26,450 nucleotides of DNA. Origin: an uncultured virus (IMG/VR IMGVR_UViG_3300023371_004674). Taxonomy: Duplodnaviria; Heunggongvirae; Uroviricota; Caudoviricetes. The translations under genes were made by a program, and so were the position numbers. The notes beneath the pieces were generated by a model. The model did not search any database, had not been told where the DNA came from, and was given only the letters and a program-made list of their open reading frames with translations. Location: the IMG/VR virus record IMGVR_UViG_3300023371_004674; one strand, written 5' to 3'. Of this stretch, positions 1-7,752 are shown in pieces (the first letter of the stretch is position 1; each line of letters starts with the position of its first letter).

Positions 1-821
1 TCCGCCTCCTCCTCCGAGAGCAGAGCCTCGTGCATTTTCTCTCCCTTTCTCGCCCCGATGATCTCTACGGGGTAGTCCTTCGGGAGATTGAGGTATCTGC
101 ACACGGCGTTTGCGAGGTCGCCCGTTGTGCAGGCCTTGGACTGTTTTACGAGCAGGTCGCCGTTCCGTCCCACGATGAATGCTTTCTCGACCAAATCGGT
201 GGCTTCATCGACGGTCATCATAAAGCGTGTCATATCGGGATCGGTAATGGTAATCGGGAGTCCGTTCTGTACCTGCTCTATAAAGAGCGGTACAGCACTG
301 CCTCTCGATGCTACGAGGTTTCCGAATCTCGTAACGCAGATCTCTGTGCGGTTTTGGTCTGCCGCCCTTTGCAGAGCGAGCTTTTCCATATATGCTTTCG
401 TCATACCCATAGCGGACGTGGGGTAAACTGCCTTGTCGGTTGATAAACAGACAATCTTCTTTACCTTCTTCTGAACCGCCGAGGTTATGACGTTGTTGCT
501 TCCTTCGATGTTCGTTCTTACAGCTTCCATAGGGAATGCTTCGCAAGAGGGGACTTGCTTCATAGCGGCGGCGTGGAATACGTAATCAACGCCGTACATC
601 GCCACGTCTATCGAATGCTTATCCCTGACATCTCCGAGATAGAATTTGATGTTATCGTACTGACGGTAACGCTGTGCCATATCGTACTGCTTTTTCTCGT
701 CTCGGCTGAAGATGCGAACCTCCGCCGCACCCTGTTCCAAGCATTTGTCGAGAAAGGCGTTGCCGAACGTGCCTGTTCCGCCGGTGATGAGGATAACCGA
801 GTTTGCAATTCCTACGCTCAT
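1..821 (-). CDS. UDP-N-acetylglucosamine 4,6-dehydratase (FnlA/CapE/WbjB-like extended SDR), 3'-truncated by the window
   Basis: Not in the ORF track. Manual translation from ATG 821: MSVGIANSVILITGGTGTFGNAF...IFSRDEKKQ...GDVRD...HAAAMKQVPSCEAFPMEAVRTN...LSTDKAVYPTSAMGMTKAYMEK...TRFGNLVASRGS...DPDMTRF...GARKGEKMHEALL. Open to position 1. ATGA overlap with the upstream stop. Confidence 0.92.
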   Translation of the reverse strand, partial: MSVGIANSVILITGGTGTFGNAFLDKCLEQGAAEVRIFSRDEKKQYDMAQRYRQYDNIKFYLGDVRDKHSIDVAMYGVDYVFHAAAMKQVPSCEAFPMEAVRTNIEGSNNVITSAVQKKVKKIVCLSTDKAVYPTSAMGMTKAYMEKLALQRAADQNRTEICVTRFGNLVASRGSAVPLFIEQVQNGLPITITDPDMTRFMMTVDEATDLVEKAFIVGRNGDLLVKQSKACTTGDLANAVCRYLNLPKDYPVEIIGARKGEKMHEALLSEEEA

Positions 822-2023
822 ACTTCTCTCACCGCCTTTACAATAGCATCAACGATGTATCTCTGCTGTTCCTCTGTCAGCTCCGTGTGATAGGGGATAG
901 TGAGCAGATTCTTGAACATCTCGTATGCGTTCGGATAATCGGCGATGTCGAAGCCGATCTCCTTATATGCGGTCATCATCGGGAGGGGCTTGTAATGGAC
1001 GTTGCAAGGAACGCCAACCTCTCTCAATGCGTGATATACCTTATCCCTGCCGCTTTCCGCTCCTTCCGGGAGGTTGAGGCGTACAGGGTACAAGTGCATA
1101 GCGGATTGATAATCCTCTCCGAAATGCTTGATGAGGGGAGTGGCTTCTGCGACATTGGCGAACAGAGCATCGAAGCGTTCCGTAACTTCTCTGCGTTTGC
1201 TCTCGATCTCATCAAGCCTGTCAAGCTGAGCTACGCCCATCGCCGCATCAATGTTCGTCATAATGCTGTTATAACCGAACAGGGCGATGTCGTATTCCCA
1301 ACCCTTGCTTTTATCCCTCGATGTCTGCCCGTGATCTCCGAGCAGGCGGAGGGTTTCTTCCATCTTCTCATTATCGAAATGAGGGAAGTCCTTCCAAACG
1401 AGAGCACCGCCCTCTCCGCCCGTCGTGATGTTTTTCAGCACGTGGAACGAGAAGCAGGTGAAGTCCGCCCATTCTCCGCTCTTGGCGTTGTAGGACGAAG
1501 CACCAAAACTGTGAGCTGCATCGGCAACCACGGCGACTCTGCCGATTGCTTTTTGCAGCTCATTTGAGGGTGTGAATATATCTCGTTTGGAGGCTACGGC
1601 GGACAGGAGACTATAATAATCACACAGCTTACCGCCAATGTCAACGGGCATAACCGCCTTGGTTTTCTCCGTGATCGCCGCCGCAACCTTTTCGTAATCC
1701 ATCTCGAACGTCTTGCCGTCGAGGTCCACAAATACGATTGTTGCACCTACATTGCGGATGACCTCCGCTGTGGCTGAGTAGGTATAAGGTGTCGTAATCA
1801 CCTCATCGCCGGGACCGATACCGAGAACACGGAGAGCCATTTCCATTGCCGCCGTGCAACTGTCGAATGCAACCGCTCTGCTTGCGTTGCAGATCTTGGC
1901 GATTTTCTGTTCAAACTCACGGACTATGGGACCGTTCGTGAGCCATCTTGTCTCGGCAGCCTTGCCGATGTTATCTACTTCCGCTTTGGTAATGTCGGGA
2001 GTGGCGAATCTGATGTCATTCAT
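818..2023 (-). CDS. DegT/DnrJ/EryC1/StrS PLP-dependent nucleotide-sugar aminotransferase
   Basis: Motifs GIGPGDEVITTPYTY, DAAHSFGA and FSFHVLKNITTGGEGG (PLP lysine). Start moved to ATG 2023 behind a GAGGAGG RBS. Confidence 0.93.
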   Translation of the reverse strand: MNDIRFATPDITKAEVDNIGKAAETRWLTNGPIVREFEQKIAKICNASRAVAFDSCTAAMEMALRVLGIGPGDEVITTPYTYSATAEVIRNVGATIVFVDLDGKTFEMDYEKVAAAITEKTKAVMPVDIGGKLCDYYSLLSAVASKRDIFTPSNELQKAIGRVAVVADAAHSFGASSYNAKSGEWADFTCFSFHVLKNITTGGEGGALVWKDFPHFDNEKMEETLRLLGDHGQTSRDKSKGWEYDIALFGYNSIMTNIDAAMGVAQLDRLDEIESKRREVTERFDALFANVAEATPLIKHFGEDYQSAMHLYPVRLNLPEGAESGRDKVYHALREVGVPCNVHYKPLPMMTAYKEIGFDIADYPNAYEMFKNLLTIPYHTELTEEQQRYIVDAIVKAVREV

Positions 2024-2651
2024 CGTTGCCCTCCTCAACCGGTTCTTCAGGCGGAAGCTCATCTACTCCGATAATCTGTGCTTTCATCTTATCGTACCAA
2101 ACGGCTCTGCCCTTGATCCTGCGGGTTTTTGCTACCTTAACCGTACCGCCCTCGATGCCGAGCTTGCGGATAAGGTCGTTATAGTCGAGTTCGTTTCTGC
2201 AAGCAATAAGAACGTAATCGTACTGCTCGTAATGGATCGGCTCCATATCCTTGATGCTACGCTCCTCGATAGGCTTTTCGGGGGCTTCAAGGTCGAGCTT
2301 GAAATCGCCCATCAGGTCTGCGGTCCAATCTCCGAGCTCTTCGAGATCCCATTCTCCTGCGTGGCTATTCAACTTGATGTTGACGTACTTCTGCTCGGCT
2401 ACCGTGTAGCCAATCAGGAGCTTACACACCACGATCTCATCGGGGTTCTTTCTCTGCAAAATCGTGACTCTCTGATTTCCGCCGATGACCTGATTCTTTT
2501 CATTGATGACGATTATATCAAAATCGCCATACTTTTCAAGGGAATCTTCGAGGTCTTCACGCTTCTGCTTTTTGATTTTTCTCGGATTTCCGAAGTCGAG
2601 CTTCAGGTCGCCAACCCTACGCTCTACAACTTCAATGCGTTTTCCTTCCAT
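2016..2651 (-). CDS. ParB/Srx N-terminal domain protein
   Basis: LKLDFGNPRKI...LEDSLEKYG...IIVINEKNQVIGGNQRV...NIKLNSHAGEWD is the phage ParB-like pattern. GGAGGT RBS before ATG 2651. Confidence 0.82.
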   Translation of the reverse strand: MEGKRIEVVERRVGDLKLDFGNPRKIKKQKREDLEDSLEKYGDFDIIVINEKNQVIGGNQRVTILQRKNPDEIVVCKLLIGYTVAEQKYVNIKLNSHAGEWDLEELGDWTADLMGDFKLDLEAPEKPIEERSIKDMEPIHYEQYDYVLIACRNELDYNDLIRKLGIEGGTVKVAKTRRIKGRAVWYDKMKAQIIGVDELPPEEPVEEGNDE

Positions 2652-2676
2652 ATTGCTTACCTCCAAAAATAAAAAT

Positions 2677-2701
2677 AGCACCACGGGAGCTCCGTAGTGC
2701 T
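2677..2701 (-). terminator. Terminator-like hairpin in the leader of the ParB-like gene
   Basis: Minus strand AGCACTACGG-AGCTC-CCGTGGTGCT followed by ATTTTTATTTTT. Confidence 0.55.
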
Positions 2702-2736
2702 TTCAAGCGTCCAATCTCGGTCGCCTGATTTTTTCT

Positions 2737-2830
2737 ATTATACATCATAGCACAGGTCAAACGTGAATTTCAATGAAACTGACCGAAATTGGCTGAAATC
2801 GAATGAATTTTACTGAATTTTCCTGAAAGA
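2737..2830 (-). promoter_or_regulatory. Putative activator-dependent late promoter: seven 10-bp-phased repeats plus extended -10
   Basis: Plus strand 2761-2830: acgTGAAttt caaTGAAact gacCGAAatt ggcTGAAatc gaaTGAAttt tacTGAAttt tccTGAAaga. On the minus strand this is followed by TGTGCTATGATGTATAAT. Confidence 0.7.
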
Positions 2831-2834
2831 TAAA

Positions 2835-2896
2835 TCGTATGACAAGAAATAGTTTCTTCCTATACCATTATAGAGAAGCAATTTCCTGTCATACGA
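2835..2896. repeat. 62-bp imperfect inverted repeat
   Basis: TCGTATGACAAGAAATAGTTTCT...AGAAGCAATTTCCTGTCATACGA with inner CTATA-CCAT-TATAG. Confidence 0.8.
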
Positions 2897-2906
2897 AAAA
2901 ACTTTT

Positions 2907-3299
2907 TTATAAAGTCTCGATGTCAACCAAAGGAACGTACCTTTTTCTGTTGTTTGCGTAGTAAACAACGCCGCATTCAATGCGAGTGTTGATGTGTCTT
3001 CCTATGCAGATTCGCTCGGATCCGTCAGGTTGATAATCTATATCTCCCCAAAGGTAGGCATCCACAACTACCGTCTTGGTTCCTACGAACATTCCCTCGA
3101 ACTGTGCATCCACACGCTTGTAATAGGTTTTCAGGAACTCCAACGCTCCGATGCACTCGCACTTGTCGGGAACGTCATCTCCCTCTCCGATGTAGCGAAC
3201 TTCTTCTATGAAGCCGTATTTCTCGTCGCACTCTAAGCATCTTCCATCGTTCACTTTTTTGAGATATGAGGAGCAGCGAACCTTTCTGAACTCAAACAT
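2907..3299 (-). CDS. Hypothetical phage protein
   Basis: GGAGG RBS; packed directly behind the upstream ORF. Confidence 0.75.
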   Translation of the reverse strand: MFEFRKVRCSSYLKKVNDGRCLECDEKYGFIEEVRYIGEGDDVPDKCECIGALEFLKTYYKRVDAQFEGMFVGTKTVVVDAYLWGDIDYQPDGSERICIGRHINTRIECGVVYYANNRKRYVPLVDIETL

Positions 3300-3300
3300 T

Positions 3301-3588
3301 TTAGCATCCTCCTTTCAGGTATCCACGCATAGCGTCTTCCCAAATTTTCCTTTCCATATCCTTTTTCAGCTCTTCGAGATCAATCGTTACTACCGTGTTC
3401 TCGGCAACCTTGACGTTTCGGTAATCGTGCTTGACGATGAGCGGAGCCGCAAGCGGCTGGGTAACATCTGCTGTTGCCGATGCCATAACCGGTTCAGGAA
3501 GGTATCCAAGCATCTCCATTTCTTTATGGTCGCAGGTGTCGAAGAACGGACACCTTGCACATCCTTCGGCTATCTTTGATAATCCCAT
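3301..3588 (-). CDS. Hypothetical protein with N-terminal Cys cluster
   Basis: CARCPFFDTC; operon packing. Confidence 0.7.
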   Translation of the reverse strand: MGLSKIAEGCARCPFFDTCDHKEMEMLGYLPEPVMASATADVTQPLAAPLIVKHDYRNVKVAENTVVTIDLEELKKDMERKIWEDAMRGYLKGGC

Positions 3589-3592
3589 ACGT

Positions 3593-3958
3593 TCAACCGC
3601 CTTTCAGCTTTTCTTGAATGTATTCGAGTATGGGCTTTTCGTCGCAATCTCCTTCAAGGTATCCGTAAGCCGCTTCGAATTCAGGATCGCTTTCGTCAAT
3701 ACCGATGGAATCCATCATAGCGGAGAATCTTCGGTTTAGGTCTCGTGCGGTTTTGGCTGTTTGAGCTATCGCCGATGCGACAATCGTAAGCCTCGCCATA
3801 TCGAAATCGTTGATTTTGCGTTTCTCTTTTTCGGCAATCGGAAGCCAAAACTTTCTCCCGTTATCCAAACACTCCTTTTGATAAATTTCTCGGCACTGCG
3901 GGATCACGTCTTTGCAACACCGATTTCCACAGTTGGAGCATAACCTTTTCTCATCCAT
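3593..3958 (-). CDS. Hypothetical Cys-rich protein
   Basis: Start re-called at MDEKRLCSNCGNRCC (AAGGAG RBS), overlapping the upstream stop. Confidence 0.7.
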   Translation of the reverse strand: MDEKRLCSNCGNRCCKDVIPQCREIYQKECLDNGRKFWLPIAEKEKRKINDFDMARLTIVASAIAQTAKTARDLNRRFSAMMDSIGIDESDPEFEAAYGYLEGDCDEKPILEYIQEKLKGG

Positions 3959-4262
3959 CGTTGCTCTCCTTTCTGTCATCCCACTCTCCAAGACAATGGA
4001 GCTTGTAGAGCTTCTTGTTTTCTTCATTCTGCTTTTGAATCGCTTTGACGAACATATCGCACACCTTTGGCTGAGCAAAAATGGTCGTGCCGAAAACTAC
4101 GAATGTTCCGTTGTCAGGAACCTCCTTATATCCGTAGCGTTTCTCCCATTTCTTGTTGATGCGTTTCTTTCTGTGAGTTCGGCATTGAACCCACTTAACC
4201 ACCGATTTGGATTCTACAATCCTGTATCCGAGGTATTCAGCTCTTACTTTATCTATATCCAT
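3951..4262 (-). CDS. Hypothetical phage protein
   Basis: RTHRKKRINKKWEKRYGY motif, which I recall from small phage proteins; overlaps its neighbours. Confidence 0.7.
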   Translation of the reverse strand: MDIDKVRAEYLGYRIVESKSVVKWVQCRTHRKKRINKKWEKRYGYKEVPDNGTFVVFGTTIFAQPKVCDMFVKAIQKQNEENKKLYKLHCLGEWDDRKESNDG

Positions 4263-4741
4263 TTCGACTTATGCCCGCCTCTCAGTATATTTATGGCTTG
4301 CTCCACGTGATGTTCTTGCAATCCACCGTCATCATCGTAGAAGCTGGTCTTGACGAGCCTATCCATAAGGTTGCACAGCTCATAATCGAAGCATTCATCA
4401 TCGAGGATAACGAATGATTCTACTATGTGCTCATCGAGCCAGTTGAGAATGCCTTCACCACGCATCGAACAATTTGGATCTGTCGTTTTGTCGAGGATGC
4501 GTAATCCCTCTCGCTTCAACTTTTGGTCGAGGTAGTGTCCTTCGGGATCCTGCTCCTCTTTATGATATTTCCACCACCCGATTTTCCAAGACGAGCTGAG
4601 GACAATTTTGGCATCGGTGGCATCTACGATTTTCTTCAGGAGCTTGACCTTTTTTGAATCAACCCCTATAAAACCTCTGCATTTCGCTTCGGTCTTCTGG
4701 CAGTTGAGAACTCCATCTACGTCGAGAAATATAACCTTCAT
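4253..4741 (-). CDS. HAD-superfamily phosphatase of the 'Swiss Army Knife' RNA-repair type (HAD_SAK_2-like)
   Basis: MKVIFLDVDGVLN (DxD motif I), IVLSSSWK, RGEGILNWL, FVILDD. Confidence 0.85.
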   Translation of the reverse strand: MKVIFLDVDGVLNCQKTEAKCRGFIGVDSKKVKLLKKIVDATDAKIVLSSSWKIGWWKYHKEEQDPEGHYLDQKLKREGLRILDKTTDPNCSMRGEGILNWLDEHIVESFVILDDECFDYELCNLMDRLVKTSFYDDDGGLQEHHVEQAINILRGGHKSKWI

Positions 4742-4962
4742 TTCAGCTCTTCCTCCAATCTTTCAAGGGTTTTCTCCCGAACGGTGCTGATATATACATC
4801 CTCCGCCATCGAGACAAGAAGCTCAAATTTCCATCTCGGAATTCCGTCCTCCCCGAACACGCCTTCTCCTTCGAGCCATTCTCTGATAACCTTAACGGCT
4901 ACTTCAAATCCGCCCTTTCCGCAATCAACCGCTATTTTAGTGAGTTCCTCTTTTATATCCAT
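4738..4962 (-). CDS. Hypothetical protein
   Basis: Start re-called at MDIKEEL behind GGAGGAG; ATGA overlap with the HAD gene. Confidence 0.65.
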   Translation of the reverse strand: MDIKEELTKIAVDCGKGGFEVAVKVIREWLEGEGVFGEDGIPRWKFELLVSMAEDVYISTVREKTLERLEEELK

Positions 4963-4964
4963 AT

Positions 4965-5267
4965 CTACTCCTCCCCCGAAGACTTGTTTTTGCTCCAATC
5001 AAGAGCCTGACCGCACGCTCTGCAATAAGCCGCACTACTGTCCTCCGTACAGAAGCATCGAGGGCAAACGCCCTGATACATACTGCCGCCGTAACGAGAA
5101 CTCGGCTTTACCGGAAATCTCAGGTCGAGGATCTCGTTCAGCTCTTTAAGAGCCGAGAACTCCTCGCTCAACCGTTTCTTTCTCGCTTCGGTTGTCGTTA
5201 CTTCGAGTTCGAGAACGATTTCGAGCGACCTGCCCTCAATGTATTTTCGTAACTGCTTTATATCCAT
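4965..5267 (-). CDS. Phage protein with C-terminal zinc ribbon
   Basis: CPRC...YCRACGQALDW. Confidence 0.75.
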   Translation of the reverse strand: MDIKQLRKYIEGRSLEIVLELEVTTTEARKKRLSEEFSALKELNEILDLRFPVKPSSRYGGSMYQGVCPRCFCTEDSSAAYCRACGQALDWSKNKSSGEE

Positions 5268-5273
5268 AAGACC

Positions 5274-5588
5274 TTAATTGCCTCCCTTGTGCCTTTTGTG
5301 CAATCCGAGGTAGGGGTTGTATCTGGGATCTTTGAAAAAGTCAAAGGGGACAATTTTATCGCCTTCTACGGTGAAGAAATCGAGGTTGACCGTGTTGAAC
5401 GTACCGATGATGCTACCGTCCTTCGCCGTGTCAAACAGATATGCACACGAGCTTGACTGCGATACGAGAATATTCGATACAGGATACAAGAACCCACGTT
5501 TCAACTTCGTGAGCATCTTTCGGTCGCCGTCGTATCCTGCGTCTTCTCGACCAACCATTGCGAAAACTTGCTTTTCTTCGTTATTCAT
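5274..5588 (-). CDS. Hypothetical protein
   Basis: Start re-called at MNNEEKQVF, overlapping the upstream stop; exact start uncertain. Confidence 0.65.
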   Translation of the reverse strand: MNNEEKQVFAMVGREDAGYDGDRKMLTKLKRGFLYPVSNILVSQSSSCAYLFDTAKDGSIIGTFNTVNLDFFTVEGDKIVPFDFFKDPRYNPYLGLHKRHKGGN

Positions 5589-5787
5589 TTTCGGTTTTGC
5601 CTCCATTCTTGACGAACTCAAACGCCTCTTCCTCTTTGAGCAACCCGTTTCCTGCGAGCCAAGTGATGACAGATAAAGCACAATCCATCACGTTGTTTTC
5701 TTCGATCCATTTCTGATAGATCTCTGCGAGTTTGTTTCTATCCCCAAAGAGAAGCATACCGCAGAACTTTCTTTCACGCTCTTGCAT
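5581..5787 (-). CDS. Hypothetical protein
   Basis: Start re-called at MQERERKF behind a GAGGTG RBS. Confidence 0.6.
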   Translation of the reverse strand: MQERERKFCGMLLFGDRNKLAEIYQKWIEENNVMDCALSVITWLAGNGLLKEEEAFEFVKNGGKTENE

Positions 5788-6367
5788 AGAACTCACCTCG
5801 ATCCTGAACAAAGCAGTACGACTGCGGAGGTTTTCTGATGGGCTTTCTTCCGCCGACCGTGCAAATTCTTTCTTTGTCGCTACTGCAAGGAGCGTAGTCC
5901 CAGCTCTCGTACTCGCAACCATCACATTTTTGCCAGCCGCAAAGCGTGAAGAATTCGGAAATCGGAACCGGTTCATCATACACTACGAGGTTGGAAATAT
6001 GCTCAAACCAAAGCGGGCCTCCGCCGCCGTAGTCGATGAGATCGAGCATATTAAGGCAGGTCGTAGCCAGCTCTTCATCAGGAACGTCGTAATGTCCGTG
6101 ATTGTCATAGTTCCATCCATAGCACACGGTCTTATCGCAGATGTATTCTCCGATAACCATTCCTTTCTTCAGATGCCACTTTTCTTTCCAATATCGGTCG
6201 AGACCGATATGAGAAACGAGGTCGTTTGATCCTTTCAAAGTGCAATAGATATACACCTTGTACGGAACCCCGCATTTCGGGATCTTCGTTCTGACCTCGT
6301 TCGTTTTCAGCCCTACGATGATATTCGCACAGTGCTGAGGGTGGATAGGTCTAAGTATTGCGTTCAT
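5774..6367 (-). CDS. ASCH/PUA-like domain protein
   Basis: AILRPIHPQHCANIIVGLKTNEVR (GxKxxExR), KVYIYCT, GMVIGEY, C-terminal PPQSYCFV. Confidence 0.75.
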   Translation of the reverse strand: MNAILRPIHPQHCANIIVGLKTNEVRTKIPKCGVPYKVYIYCTLKGSNDLVSHIGLDRYWKEKWHLKKGMVIGEYICDKTVCYGWNYDNHGHYDVPDEELATTCLNMLDLIDYGGGGPLWFEHISNLVVYDEPVPISEFFTLCGWQKCDGCEYESWDYAPCSSDKERICTVGGRKPIRKPPQSYCFVQDRGEFYARA

Positions 6368-6634
6368 CTATGATGCCTCTCTTTCTTTTGCTCTCCTGTG
6401 GATAGCCAGCGTTCTCTTCCGGGATTGATCTCTGTGCCAGCATCCGCAGCTTTTCTGTCTGCTGTTTTTATAAGCGAAGTGGTCTTTCCGAAGAACCACG
6501 TGCTTCCCGCATCGAGTGCATTCGCACTCCCAAAGGCTTCGGCTTCCTCTCATACCAACAAAGCGTACAACCTTCAGGAAGTTGTACTGGTTTCCGGTAA
6601 TGTCAATCAGCCTTGACCGTCTTCTGCTGTTCAT
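6368..6634 (-). CDS. Stand-alone Cys-rich module of the type found N-terminal to phage HNH/AP2 proteins
   Basis: DITGNQYNFLKVV...WECECTRCG...KSCGC; no nuclease domain follows. Confidence 0.7.
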   Translation of the reverse strand: MNSRRRSRLIDITGNQYNFLKVVRFVGMRGSRSLWECECTRCGKHVVLRKDHFAYKNSRQKSCGCWHRDQSRKRTLAIHRRAKEREAS

Positions 6635-6770
6635 ACTTTTTCACCTTCTTTTGCAAACGGTCTATTTTTCGGTGCAGTCTGTTGATTTCACGACCAATAT
6701 CACAGTTGTCGCAATCGCCCGACTTGTAATCCCAGCAATGTTTCTTGCAAGGGCATTTCTTATTCTTCAT
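6603..6770 (-). CDS. Small Cys-rich coiled-coil protein
   Basis: Start re-called at MKNKKCPCKKHC; GGAGG RBS; ATGA overlap. Confidence 0.6.
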   Translation of the reverse strand: MKNKKCPCKKHCWDYKSGDCDNCDIGREINRLHRKIDRLQKKVKKYEQQKTVKAD

Positions 6771-7045
6771 CCCTGAGCCTCCTTGCTCCGCACGTATGCT
6801 TCCAATGCTTTGATAATCTCGCTCTCGTCGAGGGCGTATATATCGTGGCAACCGCTGTCACGTGCGATGTCCTTGATCGTTTCGAGGATCTTTTCGTCTA
6901 TTTGCTTCTGCCTGATGATGCAGAAGTTGCTGACGAGCTTTCCTTCTGTCAGCTCGTGGTTCGGGGCGGGAACCAAGAACGGCTCATCCGTTGTGAAATG
7001 GTAAAGCGGCTGTGGCTTGAATGGTTTTTTGATCTCAATCTTCAT
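6767..7045 (-). CDS. Hypothetical protein
   Basis: AAGGAG RBS; operon packing. Confidence 0.7.
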   Translation of the reverse strand: MKIEIKKPFKPQPLYHFTTDEPFLVPAPNHELTEGKLVSNFCIIRQKQIDEKILETIKDIARDSGCHDIYALDESEIIKALEAYVRSKEAQG

Positions 7046-7490
7046 TCTGCATCTCCTTGATGAAATCGGGGTTATCGTACACGTTTGATACGACCTGCAC
7101 TTCCTGCGGGCAAAAAGTAGTCAATGGATAGTCGTCTCCTGAGTACGTTTCGACGATGCAAAGCCCTCCATCATTTCTGGCGACTTCGCCAATGTATTCT
7201 CTGCCAGAACCGATCAAGTTCACCTTGACAATATCACCGTCAAACACCCTCTTTTTGTTCTTGTCCTTGAAACCGGTCGATAAGGAAATGGTATTCGTAT
7301 CAATCTGCGACATCATCTGCTCAGCCCTGTAATAGAACGAGATTCCGAACTGCGTTTTGCGGTCATATCTCTTGCTCTTGCCAGTGTGGCTCGTCAAGCA
7401 CCCGCAGATGTCCCAAAACACCCAACCTGAACCGTCTTTCAGGCGAGCCTTAAAGAGAATTTCTTTCAGATTCATATCCATCCTCCTCAT
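7035..7490 (-). CDS. YopX family protein
   Basis: EILFKAR...W...STGFKDKNKKRVFDGDIV...VVSNVYDNPDF. Confidence 0.85.
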   Translation of the reverse strand: MRRMDMNLKEILFKARLKDGSGWVFWDICGCLTSHTGKSKRYDRKTQFGISFYYRAEQMMSQIDTNTISLSTGFKDKNKKRVFDGDIVKVNLIGSGREYIGEVARNDGGLCIVETYSGDDYPLTTFCPQEVQVVSNVYDNPDFIKEMQNED

Positions 7491-7503
7491 TTTTGAACCT
7501 CCT

Positions 7504-7752
7504 TTAATAGTTGCAGTCCACATAGACAAACTCAGCTCCACAGCTCTTTTCGAGCGTGTTGATAACCATTTCGGTTATATCCTTGCCGAGATCCATAAGC
7601 ACCTCTTCGTCGAGATCTTCGGGATCAATTTCCTTGTCGCTGTACTCCAACACCTTTTTGATGTAGTCCTCAGCCAAATTGTCTATGGCGTCCCACATCG
7701 CCATATTGCCTTTCTTACGGAGGCAAGCCTCCTCGCCTTTGATAATCTTCAT
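7504..7752 (-). CDS. Hypothetical acidic protein
   Basis: Start re-called at MKIIKGEE (AAGGAG RBS, ATGA overlap). Confidence 0.65.
   Translation of the reverse strand: MKIIKGEEACLRKKGNMAMWDAIDNLAEDYIKKVLEYSDKEIDPEDLDEEVLMDLGKDITEMVINTLEKSCGAEFVYVDCNY

Noticed and set aside
40..70. Apparent frameshift in the dehydratase near GxRxGEK
   Set aside because: Recounting the C4 run gives in-frame IIGARKGEKMHEALL; the gene is intact to the window edge.
1..2023. Sugar genes as a host capsule locus marking the prophage end
   Set aside because: They are coupled by overlaps to a phage-type ParB gene behind a phage-type promoter, and no junction is visible. This cannot be fully excluded without the next window.
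30..2672. Long plus-strand ORFs (30-443, 803-1567, 1854-2672) and similar antisense ORFs across the window
   Set aside because: Shadows of well-supported minus-strand genes; no recognisable motifs.
4254..5267. Three nearby genes all start ATGGATATA (4262, 4962, 5267), suggesting cassette junctions
   Set aside because: Only 9-10 bp are shared and the upstream sequences differ; compatible with chance or start-codon context bias.
3301..5300. Several proteins end in KGG(x)
   Set aside because: Explained by the next gene's AAAGGAGG-like Shine-Dalgarno sequence overlapping the coding end.
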